A DNA stretch of 63,916 bases, the filler included, from Dimorphilus gyrociliatus (lineage: Eukaryota; Animalia; Annelida): the NCBI GenBank assembly GCA_904063045.1. It is 4 parts of 4 records of this genome, joined end to end, with 100 filler letters (N's around TTAATTAATTAA, not from the genome) between each part and the next. Parts side by side here need not be neighbours in the genome. Positions count along the whole stretch, not along the records: positions 1 to 15,546 come from CAJFCJ010000078.1; 3 more parts are not named here. The stretch is one strand, 5' to 3'. Made by a program: the position numbers and the translations under genes. The notes beneath the pieces were generated by a model. The model saw only the letters and a program-made list of their open reading frames with translations, did no database searches and was not told the origin of the DNA. Numbering within the stretch: position 1 is the first letter of the stretch; every line of letters starts with the position of its first letter. Shown in pieces: positions 1-12,530 of this stretch.

Positions 1-217
1 AACTGACATTGATATCAATATTAGCATTCAAGTTGGTTTTAAAAGTAGAATATTCAAAATGAAAACCTGTTTATTTAATTTTTGTTTTTAGATTTTTATT
101 CAAATATACCAAATAATAACATCCACATTGAATAAAGATGACGGAATTCGTGGATTAAATAGTGTTCACTTTCTTATTAATCTACTAATCCATATCCGAG
201 TGAATCATTCAAAGTAT

Positions 218-817
218 TGTACAACTTTGGTTATATTTTACATGCTTGAACTCTATTATTTGATGCAACATATACATGTACATTCTTAAAACCTATGCCA
301 AAAAATGCTATAACATTGGCCAAACATAAGTCTGATTAGTCAGCTTGAAGGCTCATCTTTAATTAACAATAAAGGTTTGGCCAAGTTATAATTATAATTA
401 ACCTTCCTAAATGTTTCAACCTTGTAACATCCTGTTACTAAACATAAATATGAACTACACATTTTGGCAACTGTAAAGTGATGATTGATGTCAGAGACAA
501 ACCTCAAAGTATATAAATCCTCATAATTCTCATTTGGCATGCAGCTTCCATCTGGACCCAAGGACCTGGGAAATCATCTGGAAACAACCTCCACTGGAAC
601 CATCCATCTACTCCTCAACATTGGAAGACAGTTTGGTAATTTGGCAACCTGCTATTACAAACTATCTACTCTGCTATTGAACTCTCATATTGTTACTTGC
701 TTAAGTATTATTATTGCGAATAAACCGTTTTAATTTAAACATTTGTTTAAAGGTTCGAGTAGAACCAGTATTGTTATAACTTGCAAACGCATAGATTTTG
801 CCAGCAAGAGCAGTACA
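218..817 (+). mobile_element. Solo LTR (600 bp) of an LTR retrotransposon, 4-bp TSD GTAT
   Basis: Termini TGTACAAC...GCAGTACA are flanked by GTAT at 214-217 and 818-821. TATATAA lies at 510-516 and AATAAA at 719-724. A near-identical copy at 54506-55140 has a different TSD. Confidence 0.9.
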
Positions 818-3800
818 GTATTTATGATATTTCAATTAATTGCTTTTTCTCAATTTTTTTTAATTGTCACTCAGATTATTCTGAAAATATTTAATACTGA
901 AAAAAAATTTTCCTAATGGACAATTTCTTATCAGTGAAATCAGTTTAAGAAGCGGAAGTTGTACTAATTTAAAAATGGTAACAAAATATTATTTTTTAAT
1001 TATTGAACAAAAAATGAAAAAAAAAATTTTTTATTAGATTATCAAGACAAGTGTCCATTTAATAATTTCTGTGGTTTTGAACTTCGTAATTCATTGCATA
1101 ATAGACATTTAACTTATTTTCAAAACGAGAAGAATAAAAAAAGATGGTAAAAATAAAATTTGAATTTTTGTCGATGAATTTAAAAAAAAAAATTTTCAAA
1201 TTTTTTTTAGATAAAAAGATTTCATTGACTATTGTCAATAGGCCTAATGACCAGAAAGAGTTTTCAGATATTATTGCAGTTTTACTGGTTTCAACAAATT
1301 CGGAAAAATGTATACATTTCACTGGAATAACTGGTCTTGATAAAGAATATTCTTTCTTAGATGTAGAATTATTGGAAGAAAATTTTTAAGTGAACCATTT
1401 AAAAGGTTTAGAACACTATTGTTAAATAAATTTCAAATTATATCAAATGTTTATTAACAGGGTCAAAAGTTTAAGAATTCGTAAAGATAGCTGGAAATTT
1501 TTTATCCCAGGTTATCTTGTTCAAGTAAGCAGTGTGAACTTTTCAAACTCTTCGTTTTTTAAATTTTTTCATCTATTAACTTAATTAGGTGAAATTTAGA
1601 ATACTAAAATTCAGTTGATGGAAAATATAATATTGAATTAACAAACAATACATCAAAATTATACAAAATCTATAAACAAGATTTATTATATTTTTTTCAA
1701 CGATTACTGAAAAATAATTCTAATTATTTTGTGCAATATTTAAATAATTTAAAGATCAGCCGAGAACACACCATGATTGCTTTGGAATTTAATTTACATA
1801 TTCAAACAATAACTATGCCAAAGGCACAAAATTAGACAAGTATACTCTTGAAAGTGAAATTTACACTATTTAACATACTCTGAACAAAAGCAATGGTGAG
1901 AAGAATGGAATAATAGTTTTATCAGTTTGACAGGTTTGGCAGGCTGCCAAATTAATTTATTCTGAGCCTGAAGATCTTTGTAAACAACTTTTCGGAAGTT
2001 ATTTACAGATATTTTCCTTTTCAAAAAATTTCATCAAATTATATATTGTATTGTAATTTTTATAAAGATCAGTTTAAAATGAAAATTAGTAGCAATTGGG
2101 TGTTCATTGAGTCCAGGAAAATCAGATCCAGACAAAAACAATATTGGTTGTAAGTATTGTAGTTTCAATATGATTATGGTACAATAATAGAAGAAATGTT
2201 ATCTAGGCCAAATTAATTATTTGGAAATAGAAACAAGAAAAAAGAAATTCTTTGTCCTTGAAAGTGAATATTTAGAAAATATTCAAAAGTATTTCTATCT
2301 TAGTTTCACAGCTAATGTGAACAAATACCATATTTTTTCAGTTTTGTATTTTTTTTTGTCGTATCAAAAAAATTTTTTTTTCAAATTTTCTTTTATCAGA
2401 TATTTATTCAGAATTCAAATGGAACACTAAAACAAATTGGTGATTTAATGAAGGAAGAAGAAATTTTACATATATTTGGTTCTTTCTTTACAGATAATCT
2501 TCAAAATACGCAATCCGAGCAGTTACTTACATCATCTATTGAATTTGATGAAATTGCTATCTATAATGGAAAATGTATTGGTGAAATTTCTGGTAAGGTT
2601 AATCAATTTGGTCAGCCATTTTGAAAATCTTTTTTTTTCTATTCTTTTTCAGATTCAAAACCAAATTGTCTTCAAAATTATTTTTTGGTTTTTACTATCA
2701 ATAATCCATTGGATATAAATTATCATCTTGATTATGATAAATCTAGCAAAAATTTTCCTATTTTCAATTTTAAATAGTATTGTTGATATTTTTTCAACAG
2801 GGAAACATCTACTTTTGCTGAAATCTATCACTTCCTCACAACAGGTACAGACTGGAAATTACGATTTGATTTCTCCGATACTCAATTATCAAAATCTAAG
2901 AAAATGTTTGTATTTTATTTTTCCATATTTTAAAAATCTTTTACTATTTGGAAGAAAAGTTGGAGATTATAATGATAAGAACTTTTTCAAGTAATTTCAT
3001 ATTTAATAATTTTTATCAATTTTTTTTAACTTTTTTGTTGTTTTTTTAAAATTAGATTAATTCAATTTGACACTTGCTATAATAGTTTTAAATATTCAAT
3101 TTCTGAAGAAATAATTCAAGTAAATTCATCAATTCTGACAACTTTTTTGTATACTCTTTATTTTCTATAATTCAAGTTGAGATTTGATATGCAACACTGT
3201 TCCTCTACTTTTAGAGATATTCAAATTTTAACAGGACACTGTTGGGAAAATGTTGTTTTTTTTTCATTTTCAAATTTGTGTTTTTTTCATAATTTTTGAA
3301 TTTTTCTCTTCTCTCAGATAGCTATAATTTAATTTTTATGATGGATACTGCTTTCATAAGACTATCAATACGAACCAATTAAACTACCATTGGTCCCTAA
3401 AACCAAGTCTTCCTAACTCTTATATCTTAAGTGATCAAGTGAAAAAGAACATTTTGGAAAAGTTGCATTAACTACTTCTAAACTAATAAGAAATGTGCAT
3501 AAAAAATGTATTACCATTTATCATAGCTTTTTATCAGTAAAAACAAAAAAATACTTTTTTTTTCATTGTTTGAGAAACAATATTCAAAAATTTTTCAGAT
3601 TTATTTCAAGCCTAAAAATCAAATTCATTATTTAGTTGGCTCCTTTGATTATCAATCTTTTGAACCATTTGAAAATAAAATTAGAAATCATACTTTCTAC
3701 AATCTTCCCATTTACAATACTTTTTAAGTATGTAAATCTGGATCATGAGAAACACGTTGTTAACATTGAAAAAATCCATATCTTTGATTGTTCAACTCTT

Positions 3801-4236
3801 GGTAATTAATTGCAAAATTATTTAATTAAAAACAACACAAATATTATTTTCTTTTTTCTTTTTAGAAAACAATTTCAATTGTAATTTTCAGTATGATTTA
3901 TGTATCTATAAATTAAGCAGTGAGTTACAAAGTCTTTTTCAATGGTTTTACAATTCTAGTGGTAAATATTGTTGTTATATTGAAAAAAAAATTTTTTTTT
4001 AAAAACAAACATTTTTTATATATTAAAAAATGTTTTTGATTATAATTTTAGGTGGATATATTCAACTTAACAATTACCTTGGCAATGATAGCAATTATAA
4101 TGCAACTATAACACACACCCATTTACGACAAAAATCATCGATAAATATAAATATTTTGTATTCAGTTTTTGTCAATCTGCTGCATCATCATCAACATCAT
4201 CCTCATCATCCAATGAAGATAACGAGATGTACCTAA

Positions 4237-7200
4237 CAGTTGTCAAAAACTGAATACAAAATATTTATATTTATCGATGATTTTTGTCGTAAAATTGGGT
4301 GTTGTTATAGTTGCATTATAATTGCTATCATTGCCAAGGTTAATTGTTAAGTTGAATATATCCACCTAAAATATAATCAAAAACATTTTTTAATATATAA
4401 AAAATGTTTGTTTTTAAAAAAAAATTTTTTTTTCAATATAACAACAATATTTACCACTAGAATTGTAAAACCATTGAAAAAGACTTTGTAACTCACTGCT
4501 TAATTTATAGATACATAAATCATACTGAAAATTACAATTGAAATTGTTTTCTAAAAAGAAAAAAGAAAATAATATTTGTGTTGTTTTTAATTAAATAATT
4601 TTGCAATTAATTACCAAGAGTTGAACAATCAAAGATATGGATTTTTTCAATGTTAACAACGTGTTTCTCATGATCCAGATTTACATACTTAAAAAGTATT
4701 GTAAATGGGAAGATTGTAGAAAGTATGATTTCTAATTTTATTTTCAAATGGTTCAAAAGATTGATAATCAAAGGAGCCAACTAAATAATGAATTTGATTT
4801 TTAGGCTTGAAATAAATCTGAAAAATTTTTGAATATTGTTTCTCAAACAAATGAAAAAAAAAAGTATTTTTTGTTTTTACTGATAAAAAGCTATGATAAA
4901 TGGTAATACATTTTTTATGCACATTTCTTATTAGTTTAGAAGTAGTTAATGCAACTTTTCCAAAATGTTCTTTTTCACTTGATCACTTAAGATATAAGAG
5001 TTAGGAAGACTTGGTTTTAGGGACCAATGGTAGTTTAATTGGTTCGTATTGATAGTCTTATGAAAGCAGTATCCATCATAAAAATTACAATTATAGCTAT
5101 CTGAGAGAAGAGAAGAAATTCAAAAATTATGAAAAAAACACAAATTTGAAAATGAAAAAAAAACAACCATTTTCCCAACAGTGTCCTGTTAAAATTTGAA
5201 TATCTCTAAAAGTAGAGGAACAGTGTTGCATATCAAATCTCAACTTGAATTATAGAAAATAAAGAGTATACAAAAAAGTTGTCAGAATTGATGAATTTAC
5301 TTGAATTATTTCTTCAGAAATTGAATATTTAAAACTATTATAGCAAGTGTCAAATTGAATTAATCTAATTTTAAAAAAACAACAAAAAAGTTAAAAAAAA
5401 TTGATAAAAATTATTAAATATGAAATTACTTGAAAAAGTTCTTATCATTATAATCTCCAACTTTTCTTCCAAATAGTAAAAGATTTTTAAAATATGGAAA
5501 AATAAAATACAAACATTTTCTTAGATTTTGATAATTGAGTATCGGAGAAATCAAATCGTAATTTCCAGTCTGTACCTGTTGTGAGGAAAGTGATAGATTT
5601 CAGCAAAAGTAGATGTTTCCCTGTTGAAAAAATATCAACAATACTATTTAAAATTGAAAATAGGAAAATTTTGCTAGATTTATCATAATCAAGATGATAA
5701 TTTATATCCAATGGATTATTGATAGTAAAACCACAAAAAATAATTTTGAAGACAATTTGGTTTTGAATCTGAAAAAGAATAGAAAAAAAAAGATTTTCAA
5801 AATGGCTGACCAAATTGATTAACCTTACCAGAAATTTCACCAATACATTTTCCATTATAGATAGCAATTTCATCAAATTCAATAGATGATGTAAGTAACT
5901 GCTCGGATTGCGTATTTTGAAGATTATCTGTAAAGAGAAGAACCAAATATATGTAAAAATTTCTTCTTCCTTCATTAAATCACCAATTTGTGTTTTAGTG
6001 TTCCATTTGAATTCTGAATAAATATCTGATAAAAGAAAAATTTGAAAAAAAAATTTTTTTGATACGACAAAAAAAAATACAAAACTGAAAAAAATATGGT
6101 ATTTGTTCACATTAGCTGTGAAAACTAAGATAGAAATACTTTTGAATATTTTCTAAATATTCACTTTCAAGGACAAAGAATTTCTTTTTTCTTGTTTCTA
6201 TTTCCAATAATTAATTTGGCCTAGATAACATTTCTTCTATTATTGTACCATAATCATATTGAAACTACAATACTTACAACCAATATTGTTTTGTCTGGAT
6301 CTGATTTTCCTGGACTCAATGAACACCCAATTGCTACTAATTTTCATTTTAAACTGATCTTTTATAAAAATTACAATACAATATATAATTTGATGAAATT
6401 TTTTGAAAAGGAAAATATCTGTAAATATACTTCCGAAAAAGTTTGTTTACAAAGATCTTCAGGCTCAGAATAAATTAATTTGGCAGCCTGCCAAACTGTC
6501 AAACTGATAAAACTATTATTCTCATTCTTCTCACCATTGCTTTTGTTCCAGAGTATGTTAAATAGTGTAAAATTTTCACTTTCAAGAGTATACTTGTCTA
6601 ATTTTGTGCCTTTGGCATAGTTATTGTTTGAATATGTAAATTAAATTCCAAAGCAATCATGGTGTGTTCTCGGCTGATCTTTAAATTATTTAAATATTGC
6701 ACAAAATAATTAGAATTATTTTTCAGTAATCGTTGAAAAAAATATAATAAATCTTGTTTATAGATTTTGTATAATTTTGATGTATTGTTTGTTAATTCAA
6801 TATTATATTTTCCATCAACTGAATTTTAGTATTCTAAATTTCACCTAATTAAGTTAATAGATGAAAAAATTTAAAAAACGAAGAGTTTGAAAAGTTCACA
6901 CTGCTTACTTGAACAAGATAACCTGGGATAAAAAATTTCCAGCTATCTTTACGAATTCTTAAACTTTTGACCCTGTTAATAAACATTTGATATAATTTGA
7001 AATTTATTTAAACAATAGTGTTCTAAACCTTTTAAATGGTTCACTTAAAAATTTTCTTCCCAATAATTCTACATCTAAGAAAGAATATTCTTTATCAAGA
7101 CCAGTTATTCCAGTGAAATGTATACATTTTTCCGAATTTGTTGAAACCAGTAAAACTGCAATAATATCTGAAAACTCTTTCTGGTCATTAGGCCTATTGA

Positions 7201-10200
7201 CAATAGTCAATGAAATCTTTTTATCTAAAAAAAATTTGAAAATTTTTTTTTTTAAATTCATCGACAAAAATTCAAATTTTATTTTTACCATCTTTTTTTA
7301 TTCTTCTCGTTTTGAAAATAAGTTAAATGTCTATTATGCAATGAATTACGAAGTTCAAAACCACAGAAATTATTAAATGGACACTTGTCTTGATAATCTA
7401 ATAAAAAAATTTTTTTTTTCATTTTTTGTTCAATAATTAAAAAAAAATAATATTTGTTACCCATTTTTAAATTAGTACAACTTCCGCTTCTTAAACTGAT
7501 TTCACTGATAAGAAATTGTCCATTAGGAAAATTTTTTTCAGTATTAAATATTTTCAGAATAATCTGAGTGACAATTAAAAAAAATTGAGAAAAAGCAATT
7601 AATTGAAATATCATAAATACTGTACTGCTCTTGCTGGCAAAATCTATGCGTTTGCAAGTTATAACAATACTGGTTCTACTCGAACCTTTAAACAAATGTT
7701 TAAATTAAAACGGTTTATTCGCAATAATAATACTTAAGCAAGTAACAATATGAGAGTTCAATAGCAGAGTAGATAGTTTGTAATAGCAGGTTGCCAAATT
7801 ACCAAACTGTCTTCCAATGTTGAGGAGTAGATGGATGGTTCCAGTGGAGGTTGTTTCCAGATGATTTTCCCAGGTCCTTGGGTCCAGATGGAAGCTGCAT
7901 GCCAAATGAGAATTATGAGGATTTATATACTTTGAGGTTTGTCTCTGACATCCAATCATCACTTTACAGTTGCCAAAATGTGTAGTTCATATTTATGTTT
8001 AGTAACAGGATGTTACAAGGTTGAACATTTAGGAAGGTTAATTAAATTATAACTTGGCCAAACCTTTATTGGTAATTAAAGATGAGCCTTCAAGCTGACT
8101 AATCAGACTTATGTTTGGCCAATGTTATAGCATTTTCTTGCATAGGTTTTAAGATGTACATGTATATGTTGCATCAAATAATAGAGTTCAAGCATGTAAA
8201 ATATAACCAAAGTTGTACAATACTTTGAATGATTCACTCGGATATGGATTAGTCAGATTAATAAGAAAGTGAACACTATTTAATCCACGAATTCCGTCAT
8301 CTTTATTCAATGTGGATGTTATTATTTGGTAATATTTGAATAAAAATCTAAAAACAAAAATTAAATAAACAGGTTTTCATTTTGAATATTCTACTTTTAA
8401 AACCAACTTGAATGCTAATATTGATATCAATGTCAGTTTGAAAATACAAACAGAGATTTTTAACAATTGATGGTTGAATAATTCGTGTTTCTAAAAAAGA
8501 ATAATTATGGTAACCATAGTGAATGGACAGAGAATATATCATGATCTTCAATTGACATTTGTAACTACCATTAGTCCTAAACCATTGAAATGAACTAGGT
8601 AGTGTCATCTTGCATTTATCTTTGTTTTGAAAATTACAATAAAATGAATAATTGAACATTTTTAAATTTGTAAAAATATCATTAATTCCTTTGCAAACAT
8701 CTTTTATAGATGATTTTTTTTCCTATGGTAAATTTTCTTTTTCCCAAACATCAATTACTTTAATATCATCCATTTTTATAATTTTACTTATTGTTGTTAA
8801 ATTTTGATATGATTTTTCAATAAATTTTTCAAGATTTTGTAAATTTACTTTAAATTCATTTGGTTCTTTAAAGAAGCATTAATACTTTTTCTTTATAATT
8901 TCAAAATTTTCACATTTCTAATTGAATAATATTCAAAATTTGGCCAAAATTCAAAATAATTTCAATATATAAAACTCTAATTGTTTTCTATAGAATGTAA
9001 ACAATACAGAGTTGGCATTATATGGCTGTAAGGAAAGCAGGTGATTGATCCTAATTTCCATAGAAACCAAAGCTAAAAAGAAATTTAAAAATTCATTATT
9101 ATTAAAAATTTTTTTTTTTTACTTTTTCTTAACTATTTTTCCAACAAGATTTTCCCTGGAAATTGATATCTCCAACGGTAACTTGGTTATCGACAAAGCA
9201 ATTGGATAAAAACCGAAATTTTAACTAAAGAAAAAAAAATTTTACATTAGTGTTAGTGTAAAAAAAAATTTTTTAGAAACTTATTTTGTACTTGAATTAT
9301 ATCTCCTGGAATTAAAATTTTCTCCATTGAAAAAAATATTTTCAAAACTGTAATAAAGATAATATTTAACTTTTTAATAAAAATGATATATATATTTTTT
9401 TACAATATAAATTCTTTTTGTCCCAGTTTTCGGACTTGCAGTTGAAATTGAAAAGTTCTCTTTGCAGATACATTTAAAAATTGTAGACATTTTTTCCCTT
9501 CTATTTTAATATTGTTAATTGGTGAAATCAGGTAGCTTATTGAATTTTGAAAAGAGGTAAATGTTGAAGGTAAAATCAAAGATAATTTTTTATCTATAAA
9601 TTAATATATTAATAATTTCATATTTCCTTTTTGTTTTCAATAAAAAAATTGTCCTAACCATATTTTGCAGTGTTTGGATTAATTTGAAAAAATGGATGAA
9701 AATCAGTATGTAATTGATTTTGAAATGAAAAACCGCAGAAATTTTTATAATCACATTTTTGTTGTTTGACTGTAAAAAAAAAAAGAGAAAAATTTCATTA
9801 TTGTATTTTTTGTAAATTTTTGAAAATCTGTAGTAGATAAGGCTATTTTCTAAACTCTTCTACTTGATGATAAATAGTTAATCAGTTACCACTGCCGTAA
9901 TTGATACAATATCCAATATGAGCTCCAATATTATCAATTCCTATACTATCATCAAAATAGTCATCATTGAAATTAAACTTCCTTTGAAAATAATTTTTAT
10001 ATTCTAAAATAATTTAAAAATTTAAAATTAATTAATTCTTTAATTAAAAAAACAAATTGCAAACAAACAAAAATTCTTTTTTTTGGATTTTACCTTAAAA
10101 GTTCTCTTGTATTTTGATATATATATGAGAAAAATATTCCATTTTGAATTATTAAATTCTGCTGCTGCTGCTGTTGTTGTTGTTGTTATTGTTCTAATTG

Positions 10201-11200
10201 ATTGAAATATTTGTTCAGGTTCATCATTTTCAAATTGTATAAAAATTGAAAAATGACTTTTAGAATGAAAAATACTTTGAAAACTTTAACATAAAGAATG
10301 TTTAGGTGTTTTAAAAATGTTTGTTATTTCAAATAAAGCATATTTTCTATTACTATTATAGCTTTTGCTCTTTTGAATTGTTAGAAAATAGTCAGTTTTA
10401 CCTGTAATTAATTAATTAATTATGAAATATATAAGAGCTTTTTCAAATGTTTATATTACATACATCCATTATTGAATTTTTGAGGTTTTTTTATCCATTT
10501 AAATTTACTGTTTTCTGCAGTACTTCCTGGATTGTTCAATTTCAAATTACACATATTTTCATCCATATTAAAATTACAGTAGAGAAAAGACTTTGATGGT
10601 TTTATCATAAATGGAAAATATCTTTTATAAAATGAAGAAAATATTGTTTTGCATAGATATTCATTTGTTAAATTTAATTGATTGTTTGAAAGTAGTTCTT
10701 CAACATACCAAACATCTTTTACAGTTAAATCAACAATTTTCATATTTAAATAGTCAAATTTCAAAACTGGATCAGTTAATGATTTATCTATAAATTGTTC
10801 CACATCCACAACTTTGAAATGTTTTCCTTTATGTGGTTGACTATTGATGCTAATGAAAAATTGAACAATGATACTTCCAGGAGTAAATTTGAAATTATCA
10901 ATAGATTGAATTTCACTATTCTTTTCCTCAGTCCATAATCTAAATAGATTGTAGATAAAAAAACTGATATCATTCTTGTAAAGATTAAAAGTATCCAAGT
11001 GATTATTTGATAATTCGGAAGAAAATTGTTGATTAATTATCATTTCCATTGCAATGATGATAAATTTACCTAAAAAATTATGGCATTTGTAAGATAAAAA
11101 AAAACTAATGGAAAAATGTTTAGAAAATTTATTACCATTCTTTGTTTTATTCTGTTCATCTAAATTATTGTCTTGATTTTATAGTGAGCAAGGAAAGAAT
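4237..11200 (-). CDS. Large multi-exon extracellular protein gene (SEA domain, about three MAM domains, then a possible REJ/PKD-like region); frameshifted by indels and mirrored on + at 1-4236
   Basis: SEA: MIINQQFSSELSNN...FTPGSIIVQFFI (10456-11049). MAM starts: CNFNMDENMCNL...KFKWIK and CNFQNKDKCKM...FQWFRTNG...TRIIQPSIVKNLCLYF (8370-8659). MAM ends: DSIGIDNIGAHIGYC and FLISEISLRSGSC. The REJ-like call rests only on SDPD and CGFTINNPLDINYHL motifs and is weak. Boundaries are approximate. Confidence 0.6.
7621..8219 (-). mobile_element. Mirror copy of the solo LTR in the right palindrome arm
   Basis: Reverse complement of 218-817, flanked by ATAC at 7617-7620 and 8220-8223. This is the same insertion event seen twice. 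Confidence 0.9.
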
Positions 11201-11703
11201 TTTAACCATTAATTAAAAGTAGGCCTATAAAAATGTACAGTGTCCATTCATTTGTGTAGTTTAAATTTTTGTAAAAAAAGATTAACACTATTTATAGGCC
11301 AGCCTTTTCACAGCAAACAACTAAATGCTTATGGATAAGATTTCTGTTCAGTACAATACTCTTTTTTTCAATATTTCTTTATTTAAATATAATACATCTA
11401 TTACAGTTGTATTGAAAAATTGAATAAATATTCAATGGTTATTTTATTAGGGGAATTTACCTTTTAACCTGAGCATTATACAATTTTAAACAGATATATT
11501 AATAATTTTGTTAGAAAGTTGCTTTTAATTGGCAATTTGATCGAGTAAACCCTATTTCTTTTTAATTCATAGAAAATTTAACAAAAGCCATAAGTCATAC
11601 ACATTTACATTGGTAGATAAAAGTTTTCTATATACATATATGCAGTCTATAGGGGGAAAAATTCAGACTGATTAGTCACATTTTACAGACACATTCTGTT
11701 TTT

Positions 11704-12530
11704 TTAAAACAAATATTTAATTATTGCCATTAAAATAAAAAGCATAGTGATTTCAGTAGATTGTTTAGCTGCTCCACTAGGTTCTTCATTGAATCCTTTA
11801 TTGTTTCCCCCATTAGACCCTCCATTGTTTCCTCCATTGGATCCTCCATTGTTTCCGCCATTCGACCCTCCATTGTTTCCTCCATTGGATCCTCCATTGT
11901 TTCCCCCATTCGACCCACCATTGTTTCCTCCATTAGACCCTCCATTGTTTCCTCCATTGGATCCTCCATTGTTTCCGCCATTCGACCCACCATTGTTTCC
12001 TCCAGTTGATCCTCCATTACTTCCAGTGTCTTTTTTACCTAAAAAAATTGTTTAAAATAAGTTATAAAGTAAGAAAAATAAATTGTTAGGTAAAATCTTA
12101 CATTGAATATTCTCCAAAGTTTGTTTCATGCTACCTCTGTAAGCACCACACCTTTGTAATTTATCTTTATATTGTTTCATAAAACTGCATGATATTATAT
12201 CATTTTGTCCATTGAGCTCTGCTAATGTTCTTTGACAATCTTGAAAAAAGGGACAAACCAAAAATAAATATTATAGTTTATCTTCTAAAGATAAAAATCA
12301 AAACAGAGATTAGAAAGACTATATACCTGTACTACATATGTCATCTTTTATTCCTTTTGCTGTATCAAAGCCAAAAACTATGCATTGACTAGTAATACTA
12401 CTTAAACAATCAACAAACATATCATAATCTCGGCAATGTTTTTCAGCACTGTATAATTATCTAGATCTTCAATATCTGAATTGCAGGTGAGAATGTGTTA
12501 AAACATAAAGCTCATATTATTTTACTACTA
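11704..12530 (-). CDS. Spliced gene for a probable GPI-anchored protein: Cys-rich domain, (GGNNGGSN)x~9, hydrophobic C-terminal tail
   Basis: Exons at ~12327-12530, ~12102-12257 and 11704-12038, with a GT-AG intron at 12039-12101. Translation: ...HCRDYDMFVDCLSSITSQC...DICST/VCPFFQDCQRTL...CSFMKQY...RCGAY...IQ/CKKDTGSNGGST(GGNNGGSN)nGGNNKGFNEEPSGAAKQSTEITMLFILMAIIKYLF*. The 5' end is not resolved, and one acceptor near 12258 lacks the A of AG. Confidence 0.75.
11801..12016. repeat. Coding tandem repeat, 9 x 24 nt
   Basis: Unit TTGTTTCCNCCATTNGANCCNCCA. Variation falls mostly at third-codon positions of the minus-strand GGNNGGSN frame. Confidence 0.95.

Larger units (their letters stand above)
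1..8438. repeat. Giant inverted repeat (fold-back palindrome): arms 1-~4179 and ~4237-8438 around a ~57-nt unique spacer
   Basis: Position 1 (AACTGACATTGATATCAATA) is the reverse complement of 8419-8438. The ORF track is mirrored (1059-1322/7113-7376, 1144-1389/7004-7291, 539-733/7705-7962). The arms differ mainly by 1-nt indels. Confidence 0.97.

Noticed and set aside
539-733. ORFs inside the 600-bp repeat (also 340-561, 7705-7962, 54799-55056), at first read as a decayed integrase core
   Set aside because: The repeat has TG...CA ends and 4-bp TSDs at two independent sites, so it is a solo LTR. The ORFs lack HHCC/DDE motifs and change with indels between copies.
4180-4236. Palindrome spacer as an unremoved sequencing hairpin adapter
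   Set aside because: The resemblance is vague, and the spacer reads as a natural Ser-rich open frame continuing from the left arm.
11730-12055. Pro-rich (+), Ser/Ile-rich (+) and Met/Glu-rich (-) ORFs from the track
   Set aside because: These are shadow frames of the 24-nt repeat. Only the GGNNGGSN frame fits the splice sites, the synonymous variation and the C-terminal signal.
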